DNA of 33,538 nt from Gammaproteobacteria bacterium (GTDB taxonomy: Bacteria > Pseudomonadota > Gammaproteobacteria > Arenicellales > JAANXG01), in contig JAANXG010000038.1 in NCBI GenBank assembly GCA_018263405.1, forward strand, positions 1 through 33,538. Direction: 5' to 3'. Below the pieces are notes generated by a model. It made no database searches. It had not been told where the DNA came from and saw only the letters and a list, made by a program, of their open reading frames with translations. The translations under genes and the position numbers were made by a program. The stretch's first letter is position 1. Every line of letters starts with the position of its first letter. Positions 33,457-33,538 of this stretch are shown one piece after another.

Positions 33457-33538
33457 GTTGTCTTTCAGGGCTGTCGAAAGCACGGAGGCTTTCGCCAGAG
33501 CGTACAGGGAGGTATCTACAGCGTCCCTGAAAGACAAC
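33457..33538. repeat. Nested inverted repeat at the right window edge
   Basis: gttgtctttcaggg (33457..33470) and ccctgaaagacaac (33525..33538) form a perfect 14-bp inverted repeat with a 54-nt spacer. The spacer contains a second hairpin, cgaaagc-acggag-gctttcg. The window ends exactly at the repeat, so it may extend further. Confidence 0.6.

Noticed and set aside
33457-33538. Integron attC-like site
   Set aside because: The outer ends read GTTGTCT...AGACAAC. This is the reverse of the attC arrangement (RYYYAAC at the 5' end, GTTRRRY at the 3' end), and there is no integrase or cassette context.

Overview
High-GC (roughly 60% by hand count) Gram-negative chromosomal window with about 27 credible protein genes, two gene remnants and several repeat or MITE-like elements. 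No rRNA, tRNA or CRISPR was found. All family calls come from motifs read by eye; no database search was possible.
(1) 1-3.5 kb: a porin gene truncated by the window edge (absent from the ORF track), a TPR-sulfotransferase and a secreted unknown protein.
(2) 3.7-17 kb: a methylated-amine (betaine-type) catabolic locus. A minus-strand run reads etfB-etfA, a homocysteine S-methyltransferase-domain protein, a non-pyrrolysine MttB-family methyltransferase, and two paralogous FMN/FAD demethylase-like flavoproteins. A second MttB paralogue is divergent, followed by a GbdR/GlxA-type regulator and an unknown polytopic membrane protein.
(3) 17-19 kb: a DadA-like FAD dehydrogenase plus an Asp/Glu-racemase-superfamily (EutA/maleate-isomerase-like) gene.
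(4) 19.3-22.4 kb: a tight SDR / acyl-CoA dehydrogenase / APH-type kinase operon resembling the Lva and ACAD10/11 4-hydroxyacyl-CoA logic. Its presumed small partner (DUF6285/LvaB-like, 25836..26174) lies 3.4 kb away and is translationally coupled to a fused indolepyruvate:ferredoxin oxidoreductase-family gene (26171..29641).
(5) 23.8-25.8 kb: a 270-bp MITE next to an AT-rich 1.5-kb insert. The insert carries a frameshifted, truncated bdhA fused to a patatin-like (patD-type) C-terminal fragment and is bracketed by ~72-nt direct repeats.
(6) 29.8-33.2 kb: an MTHFR-family gene, a small membrane protein and a 2Fe-2S/ASKHA corrinoid reductive-activator-type gene.
The most interesting open question is the MttB / homocysteine-methyltransferase / ETF / flavoprotein / MTHFR / activator combination with no corrinoid-binding protein visible in the window.
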